Assembly (NCBI GenBank): GCA_965220965.1
Contig: OZ244852.1
Span: 2,779,472-2,843,471 of the forward strand
Source of the DNA: Candidatus Marinacidobacterium sp.
GTDB taxonomy: Bacteria; Acidobacteriota; Vicinamibacteria; Marinacidobacterales; Marinacidobacteraceae
Direction: 5' to 3'
DNA length: 64,000 bases
Both the position numbers and the translations under genes were made by a program. This document shows, one piece after another, positions 1-8,659 of the stretch; position 1 is the first letter of the stretch; the number at the start of each line of letters is the position of its first letter. The notes under the pieces are model-generated. The model ran no database searches. It saw only the letters and a list, made by a program, of their open reading frames with translations, and had not been told where the DNA came from.

Positions 1-554
1 TCCTCTGGGACCGCGGGCCCTGGAACGCCCGCCTGCATCTGGTCGCCGGCAATGGCTTCCAGCCCGACGAAAACTCGAATCAGGACGTTCTCTTCAGCGT
101 GGGCCGCTCTTTCCCCGCCCTGGGCCGGTCGTGGGATCTGGACGTTGGCCACTACGAGGGAACCGACGGGCCGGACGACGCGCTCACCCCGGTGCGCGAG
201 ACGGCGGTTCACCTCGACGGGGACCTCGGCGACGCGCGGTACCTCCGGGCGGTGGTCTTCCGGCGCGAGGAAGAGGGGCACCAGCACCTCGGCGCTTTCG
301 TCCGGGCGCGCAAGCGCTGGCCCAATGGGCTCTGGGGCGCGGTCGAGGTCGCGGGGGAGTCGAACCACGAAGCCGGCGAGCACGGCGACCCGAAGAACCT
401 GAACTCCGTCAAGGTCGGCGCGCGCTACGAGCTTCCGTGGGTCCTGACCCACATTGCGGCGGACTACCGCTGGTACTTTGGCGCGGTGTCGGATCACGAG
501 GTGCTCGTGGTGTTCCAGTGGGTCTTCGACTTCCGGAACCCGCGCCGGAACTGA
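1..554 (+). CDS. Hypothetical protein, C-terminal fragment; the gene begins upstream of the window. Possibly an outer-membrane beta-barrel (ends ...VVFQWVFDF).
   Basis: The ORF-track frame (99..554) stays open back to position 3. The alternating hydrophobic C-terminus ending in Phe is typical of outer-membrane proteins. No family motif was recognised. Confidence 0.45.
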   Translation, partial: LWDRGPWNARLHLVAGNGFQPDENSNQDVLFSVGRSFPALGRSWDLDVGHYEGTDGPDDALTPVRETAVHLDGDLGDARYLRAVVFRREEEGHQHLGAFVRARKRWPNGLWGAVEVAGESNHEAGEHGDPKNLNSVKVGARYELPWVLTHIAADYRWYFGAVSDHEVLVVFQWVFDFRNPRRN

Positions 555-650
555 ACCTCGCGCGCCGTCAGGTCGTTTTCTGGTCCGGGTCCTGCACCCT
601 CTGACCACCGGCTCACGAACCGAGCCTCTTCCGGCGAAGGAGATCCCCCC

Positions 651-1145
651 ATGGCCAAGGCGGCCCACTACATTCCTCCCCGCGCCCACGGCGTCACTCC
701 CTACCTCGTGGTGGATGAGGGTCAGAAGGCGCTCGCCTGGTACACCGCGGTGCTCGGCGCCGAGGTGGAGTCCGTGATGGACGGTCCGGGCGGGGCGGTC
801 ATGCATGCCGAGATCAGGATCGGCGACGCCCAGGTCTACCTCTCCCAGGAGTTCCCCGGGGCGCCGGGCTTCGTCTCCCCGAAGACCCTCGGCGGGACGG
901 CGACCAGCATCCACCTCTACGTTCCCGACATCGACGCGACCCACAAGCTCGCCCTCGAGAACGGCGCGGAGGAACTCGCTCCTCCGACGGATCAATTCTG
1001 GGGAGACCGCCACTCGACGGTCGTGGATCCCTTCGGCCACCGCTGGTCCTTCGCGACCCACAAGGAAACCCTCGAGCCCGAGGAGCTCGAGCGCCGCGCC
1101 CGGGAAGCGGCCGCCGAGTTCGCCGCCTCCGGGGGAGGCTCCTGA
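651..1145 (+). CDS. VOC (glyoxalase/bleomycin-resistance, PhnB-like) family protein
   Basis: 164 aa. An RBS-like ggagatcccccc sits ahead of the ATG. The sequence (YLVVDEG...HAEIRIGDAQVYL...FWGDRHSTVVDPFGHRWSF) matches the PhnB/VOC fold pattern. Confidence 0.8.
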   Translation: MAKAAHYIPPRAHGVTPYLVVDEGQKALAWYTAVLGAEVESVMDGPGGAVMHAEIRIGDAQVYLSQEFPGAPGFVSPKTLGGTATSIHLYVPDIDATHKLALENGAEELAPPTDQFWGDRHSTVVDPFGHRWSFATHKETLEPEELERRAREAAAEFAASGGGS

Positions 1146-1150
1146 GAGCC

Positions 1151-1732
1151 ATGACGCGCTGCGCCGCCGAGCCCGCTCGGGCGCTGCGCGCTCGCCGCGC
1201 GCATCGGGTCCGTGAGTTTCTTCCGGTGGCCGCGCTGCTCGCCGCGTTGCCGGCGGCCTTCGCCTGTCAGACGGCTTCGACCCCGGACGAGCCAATGACG
1301 GATCCGGCCGCGGACGCGACCGTGGTCGCCGCCGCGGATACGACGCCTCCTCCGTCCCCCGCGATGGGGGCCGTCGTGAACGCCGGCGGTGATGCCGCCC
1401 TCGGCGATGACGCCTTCGAACTGAACTCCGCGGCCATCGTCGATGACCGGCTGGAAGTCTCGGTCTCCTACGGCGGCGGCTGCGCGGAGCACGAGTTCAC
1501 CCTCGTGCTGGCGGAGGCCTTCCGCGAAACCTTCCCCCTGCGGCTGCCGGTCGATCTGCGCCACGAAGCGAACGGCGATGCCTGCGAGGCCTGGCTGACG
1601 ACCGACTACGTATTCGACCTGACGCTGGTGCGGACGCGCTACCGGGAGGGCTACGGGTCCGGCCCCGGGAGCGTCATCCTGCAGCTCGAGGGAGTCGGGC
1701 CCGACAGCCTGCTCTACGAATTCCCCGGGTAG
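1151..1732 (+). CDS. Hypothetical lipoprotein
   Basis: It has a hydrophobic N-terminus with a lipobox-like AAFAC followed by a non-repetitive acidic domain. The true start may be internal. Confidence 0.5.
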   Translation: MTRCAAEPARALRARRAHRVREFLPVAALLAALPAAFACQTASTPDEPMTDPAADATVVAAADTTPPPSPAMGAVVNAGGDAALGDDAFELNSAAIVDDRLEVSVSYGGGCAEHEFTLVLAEAFRETFPLRLPVDLRHEANGDACEAWLTTDYVFDLTLVRTRYREGYGSGPGSVILQLEGVGPDSLLYEFPG

Positions 1733-1754
1733 GCGGACGCGCGCCGCCCGGCGG

Positions 1755-3608
1755 TCAGAGCGTTCGCAGGAACGCGATGAGGGCGGGGAGATCGCCCTCG
1801 GAGACCACGATCCCGTGTCCCGGATGGACCCGGAGCACTTCCTCCAGCGAGTGCGCGGAGCCGTCGTGGAGAAGGCGGCGGCGCGTGCGGACCCCGCGCA
1901 GCGACGGCGGATTGAAGTGCGCGTTTCCGCGCTCGTCGGTCAGGCCCACATCGTGAGCGCCGGGGGAGGTGTAGAGCGGCTCGGTGTGGCAGCGGTTGCA
2001 GGTGTAGGCCGAGAAGGCGTCCCGCCCGCGCGCCACCAGCGCGGCGTCGGTTGAGGCCTCTCCCATCTCGGGAAGTTCGAGCGTCAGCAGGTAGGCCGTC
2101 AGGTCGTCCACCTCGCGGGGGGCGAGATCCCGGCCGCGCAGCGTCGTCTCGACCGACTTGACGACCTGGTGCTCGAGTTTCCGGATCTTCCCGTTCCAGG
2201 CCCACGGGCCGGTGTCGCGGACGCCCAGCAGCGAGAGAACCCGCTTCGGAGCGCCGTAGGCCCCGTCCCCCAGCGTGTCGGAAAGCCGGTGGTTCGTGTG
2301 CCCGTTCGTGTGGCAACTGTTGCAGCTCATCCAGCCGCGGAGCGACAGGGTCGCGTCGTGGAACAGCAGTTCGCCCCGGTCCGCCGCGGTCAGCGCGGCG
2401 GGTGGGCCGAGCGGCATCCGGGCGGTCTCGGTGCGGTCGGTCAGCGAGACCACCGACACCGAGTCGGACCAGGTGTTCGCCACGAACAGCTCGTCGCCGC
2501 TGAGCGCGAGCGCCGAGGGACCGGCCCCGACCCGGACCTGACTGACCTGTCGGGCCGCCGGAGCGCCGAAGGCCAGCCGCCCGACGCCCGAGAGCGCCAC
2601 CACGAGCTGTCCGTCCCCGGCCGCCAGGATGGCCGCCGGATCGCCCGAGGGGGAGGAGACCGTCCCCAGGTCCAGGACCCGGGCGCGCCGGTGCATCCGG
2701 GGATCGCCGGCGATCAGGTCGTCCACCGGAAACAGCCGGACGCTGTTCGTCAGGAACACTCCCCAGCGAATGTCATCCGAACTGGTGTGCATCCCGGAGT
2801 GGAGCTGCTGATGGACGATGGCGACCTGCTCCCGGTCCGGAGTGAGCGCGAGTCCCCGCAGGTTGTGGCTGGGCAGTTCGAACGAGCGCTCGAGCGCGCC
2901 GGTCGCCGCATCGAGCAGGGCGAGTCCCCCGCCGAAGGCGTCCGCCACCAGCAGATGCTCCGGGTCGAGGAAGAGCAGCTCCCCGGCCTCGAACGGCAAC
3001 CGTCCGGTCCAGGCGGGCTCGAGCGTCACGCCCGCCCCGATCCCGAGCTCGTAGCCCCGCACCTCGCGCGGCCACAGGCACGAAACGGCGAGCGCCTGCT
3101 CCTCGATGACCGCGCGCCGGGGGTTGCGGCAGGTCGGGAACGCAGCGTCCACCGCAAGGACCGGTCGGCTCCGCGCCGCCGGGAAGAGATCCCCGCCCGG
3201 CGGGCCGGGCCGGACGTCGTCCTCCACCCGGAGGACCAGCAGCCGGCCCCCCCGGTGGTCCACCGCCAGCAGCCGGGGCGGGTCGCCGGCGGCGCCCGGC
3301 AGCACGGCCAGCGATGTGATGTCGCCGCCCACCGGCGTCTCCCCGAGGAGCGTGCGGTCCGAGGCCCGGATCACGCTCACCGCGCCGGTCCGGTGTCCCA
3401 CGACGACGGCGTCTCCGCCCCCGGGGAATGAAGCGACCGCGATGGCCTGCGGCCTCCGTCCGCCGCCGGCCCCCGTCCCGAAGTCTCCGTCTCGCGCTCC
3501 GGCCCGCTCTTCGGGATTCCCCGGCGCGAACGCGCTCAGCGCGAGCGCCGCAACCGCCGCCAGAGTCCGGCGAAGCGTCCGACCGGGGGGCGGGAACGAA
3601 CCGCGCAT
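1755..3608 (-). CDS. Secreted beta-propeller protein fused to a di-heme cytochrome c peroxidase-like domain
   Basis: The start was trimmed to the internal Met (MRGSF...) that begins a signal peptide (AAVAALALSAFA). The C-terminal domain has two CxxCH motifs (CNSCH, CNRCH) and the CCP/MauG-like PPSLRGV...LHDGS motif. The N-terminal part looks like a YVTN/lactonase-type propeller. Confidence 0.8.
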   Translation of the reverse strand: MRGSFPPPGRTLRRTLAAVAALALSAFAPGNPEERAGARDGDFGTGAGGGRRPQAIAVASFPGGGDAVVVGHRTGAVSVIRASDRTLLGETPVGGDITSLAVLPGAAGDPPRLLAVDHRGGRLLVLRVEDDVRPGPPGGDLFPAARSRPVLAVDAAFPTCRNPRRAVIEEQALAVSCLWPREVRGYELGIGAGVTLEPAWTGRLPFEAGELLFLDPEHLLVADAFGGGLALLDAATGALERSFELPSHNLRGLALTPDREQVAIVHQQLHSGMHTSSDDIRWGVFLTNSVRLFPVDDLIAGDPRMHRRARVLDLGTVSSPSGDPAAILAAGDGQLVVALSGVGRLAFGAPAARQVSQVRVGAGPSALALSGDELFVANTWSDSVSVVSLTDRTETARMPLGPPAALTAADRGELLFHDATLSLRGWMSCNSCHTNGHTNHRLSDTLGDGAYGAPKRVLSLLGVRDTGPWAWNGKIRKLEHQVVKSVETTLRGRDLAPREVDDLTAYLLTLELPEMGEASTDAALVARGRDAFSAYTCNRCHTEPLYTSPGAHDVGLTDERGNAHFNPPSLRGVRTRRRLLHDGSAHSLEEVLRVHPGHGIVVSEGDLPALIAFLRTL

Positions 3609-3711
3609 CCCCGCATTGTATGGCCCTTCGGGGGGCGGACGCCGGGCCCTCCCGGGGCGCCCTCCCGCTAAAATTCCCGGTTCCCCTCTCCCCGAACTTG
3701 AGGTACCTCGA

Positions 3712-4479
3712 ATGACCGAACCGATCATGATCGAGGCGCGCGATCTCAGCAAGTTCTACGGCCCCTTCGTGGCGGTCGAGCGCGTGCGCTTCGCGATTCC
3801 ACGGGGCCAGATCGTGGCCTTTCTGGGTCCGAATGGCGCCGGCAAGACGACCACGATGAAGATGTTGACCGGCTATCTGGCGCCGAGCGAGGGGTCCGCC
3901 CATATCGCCGGTCTGGATGTCCGCGAGGACCGCATCGGAGCTTCCAGGCGCCTCGGCTACCTGCCCGAGAACGGCCCGCTCTACCCCGACATGACCCCGG
4001 CGGAACTCCTTCGCTTCTTCGGCGAGGCCCGCGAGATTCCGGCCACCCGCCTCCCCGGCCGGATCCGGGAGGTCGCCTCGCTCTGCGCGCTCGAGGAAGT
4101 CCTGGAAAAGCCCATCGGGAAGCTCTCCCGGGGCCTCCGCCAGCGGGTGGGGGTCGCCCAGGCGCTCCTCCACGATCCCGACGTGCTCGTCATGGATGAA
4201 CCCACCTCCGGGCTCGACCCGAACCAGATCCGGGAGTTCCGGACGAACATCCGCCGGATCGGCGCCGAGAAGACCGTGCTCATTTCCACTCACATCCTCC
4301 GCGAGGTCGAAGCGGTCGCCGACCGGGTCCTGCTGGTGAACCGCGGCAGGCTGGTCTTCGACGGCGCGCCCGCCGACCTCGAGAAGGACGGATCGCTCGA
4401 GGAGACGTTCTACCGGCTCACCTCCGATCCGGCCGCGAGCGGCGCCGAGGCGCCGACGACAGCCAGGGAGGCCGCCTGA
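3712..4479 (+). CDS. ABC transporter ATP-binding protein (GldA-like, ABC-2 type)
   Basis: It has Walker A GPNGAGKTT, signature LSRGLRQR and Walker B VLVMDEPTSGLD. The start was trimmed from ORF 3106 to the ATG at 3712, which follows the RBS-like gaggtacc. Its stop lies 1 nt before the next gene. Confidence 0.88.
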   Translation: MTEPIMIEARDLSKFYGPFVAVERVRFAIPRGQIVAFLGPNGAGKTTTMKMLTGYLAPSEGSAHIAGLDVREDRIGASRRLGYLPENGPLYPDMTPAELLRFFGEAREIPATRLPGRIREVASLCALEEVLEKPIGKLSRGLRQRVGVAQALLHDPDVLVMDEPTSGLDPNQIREFRTNIRRIGAEKTVLISTHILREVEAVADRVLLVNRGRLVFDGAPADLEKDGSLEETFYRLTSDPAASGAEAPTTAREAA

Positions 4480-4480
4480 C

Positions 4481-7192
4481 ATGCCCGGCTTCGCAGGCCT
4501 TCCCGACGTCCGCCGCAACGTCGTCGCCGCGCTCATGCGCCGCGACCTGCGGATGTATTTCTCGAACCCGTCGGGCTACGTCTTCCTGACGCTGTTCATC
4601 CTGCTGAGCGCGGCCGCCGCCTTCTGGCAGGACCGGTTCTTCCTGAACAACCTGGCGAACCTCGACCAGTTGAACGGGCTGTTGCCCTTCATCCTCGTGT
4701 TCTTCATCCCGGCGCTCACGATGTCGGTCTGGGCGGAGGAGAAGAAGCTGGGGACCGATGAGCTGCTGCTCACCCTCCCGGCCACCGACCTCGAGATCGT
4801 GCTCGGCAAGTACGCCGCGGTGCTCGGGATCTACGGCGCCGCGCTGCTGCTCTCGCTGAGCCACGCGCTCGTCCTGATCTTCCTCGGGAGTCCCGACTGG
4901 GGTCTGCTCTTCGCCAACTACCTGGGCTACGCGCTCTTCGGCGCGGCGCTCGCCGCCGCCGGCATGACCGCGTCGCTGCTGACGTCGATCCCGACGATCG
5001 CCTTCATCCTGGGGGCGGTGTTCTCGGCGTTTCTCGTCCTGCCGGGGACCTTGCTCGGGAGCCTCAGCCCGGGCCTCGCGCGCATGATCGAGCCGATCTC
5101 GGCGACCGCCCACTTCGCCGAGTTCGGCCGGGGCGTCGTCCCGGTCACCTCGGTCCTCTACTTCGTCTCGGTCGCCGGGTTCTTCCTCTACCTGAACGTT
5201 CTGTTCGTCGGGCGCCGGCACTGGCCGGCGACCGCCGACGGCTACCGGATGTCCACGCATCACGCCGCCCGCGCGGTGGCGGTCGCGCTCATCCTGCTCA
5301 GCGGCGGCGTTCTCGTCTCCCGGCTCGGGCTGCGGATGGACACGACCGCCGAGCGCCTTCACTCGCTCTCCGGCGAGACCACGGAGCTCCTTCGCAGCCT
5401 CCCCGACGACCGGCCGGTCTTCGTCCAGGCCTACCTGAGCCAGGACGTTCCCGAGCCGCTCGTCCAGACCCGGGTGAACCTCGAGAGCATGCTCCGGGAG
5501 ATGGAGTCGGTGAGCGGGGGCCGGGTCCAGGTCCTCATCGAGGACACCGAGCCCTTCACCGAGGCGGCCCGCGAGGCGCGCGAGAAGTTCGGCATCCTGC
5601 CCCGGCAGATCCCGAGCGTGACTTCGGCGCGCACCGGGGTCAGCGATGTCTTTCTCGGCGTCGCGTTCACCTGCGCCGCCGAGGAGCAGGTCATTCCCTT
5701 CTTCGACCGCGGGCTCCCGGTCGAGTACGAGCTCGCCCGCAGCATCCGGGTGGTCGCGAACACCGCGAAGCGCCGGATCGGGGTCATCTCGAAGGAGCTC
5801 CAGATCTTCGGCGGGCTCGACTTCCAGACGATGCGTTCGAACCCCGAGTGGTCGGTCGTGGATGAGCTTCGCAAGCAGTACGAGGTCGTCCAGATCCGGC
5901 CGGACTCGGCGATCACAGAAGACGTTGACGGCCTCCTCGTTGTGCTCCCCTCGACGCTCGCCGACGACGAGATGGCGAACGTGACCGACTTCATCCGCAG
6001 CGGCGTCCCGGCTCTCCTGCTGGTGGACCCGCTCCCGGTCGTGAACATCGGCCTCGCGCCCTCCGAGCCTCCCGGCGCCTCGCAGAACCCGTTCATGCGC
6101 CAGGGCCAGCCGCCTCCGACCCCGAAGGGGAACGTGCAGTCGTTCCTCGCCGGGCTCGGGTTCTCGTGGGATCCGGGCGGCATCGTGTGGGACACCTACA
6201 ACCCGCACCCCGACCTCGGCCATCTGCCGCCGGAGGTCGTCTTCCTGGGCCCGGGCAACGGGAACCCGGAAGTCTTCTCCGCGGCCTCCCCCGCCAGCGC
6301 CGGGCTCCAGCAGGTCGTCCTGATCTACCCGGGCTACCTCGAGCCGCTCGCCGGCTCCACCGCCGAGTTCGAGCCGCTGCTCACCAGCGGCGAGGTCTCG
6401 GGCGTCCTCCCCTACTTCCAGATGGTCCAGCGGAACTTCCTCGGTTCCCAGTTGAACCCGAACCTGCCCCACCGGCCGGACCCGATGACCTACGTGGTCG
6501 CCGCCGAGGCCCGCACCTTCCGCCCCGACGAGACCGGCGAGGATGGCGAAGCCCAGGCGCCCTCGACCGGGGCCGACAGCACCCGCGTCATCGCGATCGC
6601 CGACCTCGACTTCATCTCCGAGCAGTTCTTCGAGCTTCGCCGGATCGGTCCGCCGAACCTGAACTTCGACAACGTCTCGTTCTTCCTGAACGCGATGGAC
6701 GTTCTCGTCGGGGACGAGTCCTTCGTCTCGCTGAGGAACCGCCGCGTCCGCCACCGGACGCTCGAGGCGGTCGAACAAAGGGTTCTCGCCTACACCGAGC
6801 AGCGCAGCGCCGAGGAGGACGAGGCGGAGGCCAGCGCCGACGAGGCGCTCCGGCAGGCGCAGGAGCGGCTCGACCGGCGGATCGCCGCGGTCCGGGAGCG
6901 TGACGACCTCGACGCCCAGGCGAAGGACATCATGGCCCGCAACCTGGAAGAGGTGGAGCAGCGCCGCTTCCAGGTCCTCGAGGCGAACATCAACGCGAAC
7001 AAGGAGGCCGAAGTGCGCGCCAGCGAGGAGCGCATGGAGGCCCAGATTCGCCGGATCCAGAGCGGGATCCGCACCGCCGCGGTCCTGCTGCCGCCGATTC
7101 CGGTGTTTCTCCTCGGCGTCTGGACCTTCGTCCGCCGACGCCGGGCCGAACAGGAGGGGGCGGCCGCCGCGCGCCGCCTGCGTCAGCGATGA
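4481..7192 (+). CDS. Fused ABC-2 permease (GldF-like) and GldG-like ABC-transport auxiliary component
   Basis: 903 aa. The N-terminal ~260 aa form a multi-TM ABC-2 permease. The large periplasmic GldG-like domain follows, then a C-terminal coiled-coil and a TM helix. It is tightly coupled to the upstream ATPase. Confidence 0.85.
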   Translation: MPGFAGLPDVRRNVVAALMRRDLRMYFSNPSGYVFLTLFILLSAAAAFWQDRFFLNNLANLDQLNGLLPFILVFFIPALTMSVWAEEKKLGTDELLLTLPATDLEIVLGKYAAVLGIYGAALLLSLSHALVLIFLGSPDWGLLFANYLGYALFGAALAAAGMTASLLTSIPTIAFILGAVFSAFLVLPGTLLGSLSPGLARMIEPISATAHFAEFGRGVVPVTSVLYFVSVAGFFLYLNVLFVGRRHWPATADGYRMSTHHAARAVAVALILLSGGVLVSRLGLRMDTTAERLHSLSGETTELLRSLPDDRPVFVQAYLSQDVPEPLVQTRVNLESMLREMESVSGGRVQVLIEDTEPFTEAAREAREKFGILPRQIPSVTSARTGVSDVFLGVAFTCAAEEQVIPFFDRGLPVEYELARSIRVVANTAKRRIGVISKELQIFGGLDFQTMRSNPEWSVVDELRKQYEVVQIRPDSAITEDVDGLLVVLPSTLADDEMANVTDFIRSGVPALLLVDPLPVVNIGLAPSEPPGASQNPFMRQGQPPPTPKGNVQSFLAGLGFSWDPGGIVWDTYNPHPDLGHLPPEVVFLGPGNGNPEVFSAASPASAGLQQVVLIYPGYLEPLAGSTAEFEPLLTSGEVSGVLPYFQMVQRNFLGSQLNPNLPHRPDPMTYVVAAEARTFRPDETGEDGEAQAPSTGADSTRVIAIADLDFISEQFFELRRIGPPNLNFDNVSFFLNAMDVLVGDESFVSLRNRRVRHRTLEAVEQRVLAYTEQRSAEEDEAEASADEALRQAQERLDRRIAAVRERDDLDAQAKDIMARNLEEVEQRRFQVLEANINANKEAEVRASEERMEAQIRRIQSGIRTAAVLLPPIPVFLLGVWTFVRRRRAEQEGAAAARRLRQR

Positions 7193-8625
7193 GCAACGAG
7201 CGGGAGACGAACGCGATGTCCGAGACCGGAACGAATCAGGCCGCCGCCAAGCCGCCGCCGGGCCCGGTGCTGCGGCGCACCCAGACGCTCGTCGGCGCCG
7301 CGCTGCTCCTCACCGTGCTCGCCGCGGTGAGCGCGCCGCGGAACCCCGAGCCGACCGACTTCGTCGACCTCGGCGAGCGGTTCTTCCCGGCCTTCGAGGA
7401 CCCCGCCGAAGCGATGTCGCTCGAGGTCATCGAGTTCGACGCCGACACCGCCGAGGCCATCCCCTTCCGGGTGCAGAACGAAGGCGGGATCTGGACGATC
7501 CCCAGCCATCACGACTACCCGGCCGACGGGGCGGACCGGCTGGCGCAGACCGCCGCCGGGATCCTCCTGCTCGAGAAGGACGACTTCCGTTCCGAGAACG
7601 TGGCGGACCATCCGCTGCTGGGCGTCGTGGACCCGCTCGACGAGGGCGCCGTGTCCCTCGTGGGGCGGGGCCGCCGCGTCACGGTGAAGGCCTCCGGGGA
7701 CCGGATCCTCGCCGACCTGATCATCGGCGACGCGGTCGAGGACCGCGAGGGGTCGTACTTCGTCCGCGTTCCCGGCCAGAAGCGGGTCTACGTCTCGAAC
7801 CTGGGAGTCGACATCTCCGGGCGGTTCGCCGACTGGATCGAGCGCGATCTGCTGCTGCTGGACCGGGACCGCGTCATCTCGGCCACGATCGAGGACTACT
7901 CGATCAACGAGCGCACCCTGCGGGTGGACCGCCGGGACGGGCTGTCGCTCGTGAAGGAAGACGATGCCTGGACCGCCGACGGTCTCGGTTCCGGCGAGGA
8001 GCCCGACTCGTTCGGGATCGGCGAGATGATCCGGGCCGCCGACGAGCTCGAGATCGTGGGCGTCCGTCCCAAGCCCGCCGGGATCGCCGCTTCGCTCACC
8101 GGCGAGGTGGCGGCCGTCTCCAGCGCCGACATCCTCTCACTCCAGAGCCGGGGCTATTACCTCACCCAGGACGGCAGCCTGCTCTCGAACGAGGGCGAGG
8201 TCCGTCTCGAGACCGATGAGGGCATCCGCTACACGCTTCGTTTCGGCGAAGTGGTCTACGGACGGGGCGACGAGATCACCGCCGGGACGCCGACCGAGCC
8301 GGATGACCCCTCGATGGCCACCGGTCCCGCGGAGAACCGCTACCTCTTCGTCACCGCCGAGTTCCTCGAGTCGCGCTTTCCCGAGCCGCCGCGTCCTCCG
8401 AACCGCGACTACCTCGACAAGCCGGCGGACGAGATCACCGACGAGGACCGCGCCAACCGGGACCTCGCCCGCGAGTGGGACCGCTGGGAGGAGGACGTCC
8501 GGAAGGGCCGCGAACTCCAGGACACGCTGACCCGTCGCTTCGCCAACTGGTACTACGTGATCTCCCAGGACTCCTTCGAGGACATCCGCAAGGGCCGCGA
8601 CGACCTGATCCGCGAATCCGCCTGA
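7189..8625 (+). CDS. DUF4340 domain protein (partner of GldG-type ABC systems)
   Basis: Its ATG overlaps the upstream stop (ATGA). It has an N-terminal TM anchor. The architecture and operon position are those typical of DUF4340. Confidence 0.78.
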   Translation: MSNERETNAMSETGTNQAAAKPPPGPVLRRTQTLVGAALLLTVLAAVSAPRNPEPTDFVDLGERFFPAFEDPAEAMSLEVIEFDADTAEAIPFRVQNEGGIWTIPSHHDYPADGADRLAQTAAGILLLEKDDFRSENVADHPLLGVVDPLDEGAVSLVGRGRRVTVKASGDRILADLIIGDAVEDREGSYFVRVPGQKRVYVSNLGVDISGRFADWIERDLLLLDRDRVISATIEDYSINERTLRVDRRDGLSLVKEDDAWTADGLGSGEEPDSFGIGEMIRAADELEIVGVRPKPAGIAASLTGEVAAVSSADILSLQSRGYYLTQDGSLLSNEGEVRLETDEGIRYTLRFGEVVYGRGDEITAGTPTEPDDPSMATGPAENRYLFVTAEFLESRFPEPPRPPNRDYLDKPADEITDEDRANRDLAREWDRWEEDVRKGRELQDTLTRRFANWYYVISQDSFEDIRKGRDDLIRESA

Positions 8626-8659
8626 CGCGGGAGCCGTCCCCGCTGCTGACCGGGGCGGC

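Noticed and set aside
3106-3711. N-terminal 200-aa extension of the ABC ATPase ORF; likewise 56420..56560 (POP), 28183..28245 (amtB), 33410..33604 (gpmA), 38058..37783 (membrane protein), 62159..62329 (ADC), 63354..63533 (ATPase), 61357..61503 (LigB)
   Set aside because: The extensions are Arg/Pro/Gly/Ser-rich and lack an RBS, or they overlap upstream genes. The conserved family N-termini begin at the internal starts used.
2169-6778. Very long ORFs antisense to or out of frame with real genes (e.g. 2169..3431 +, 2773..4536 -, 4418..6778 -, 5431..6195 -)
   Set aside because: They are Arg/Gly/Pro/Ala-rich, low-complexity translations typical of wrong-frame reading in 70% GC DNA. They overlap well-supported genes: cytochrome-propeller, ABC ATPase and GldFG.
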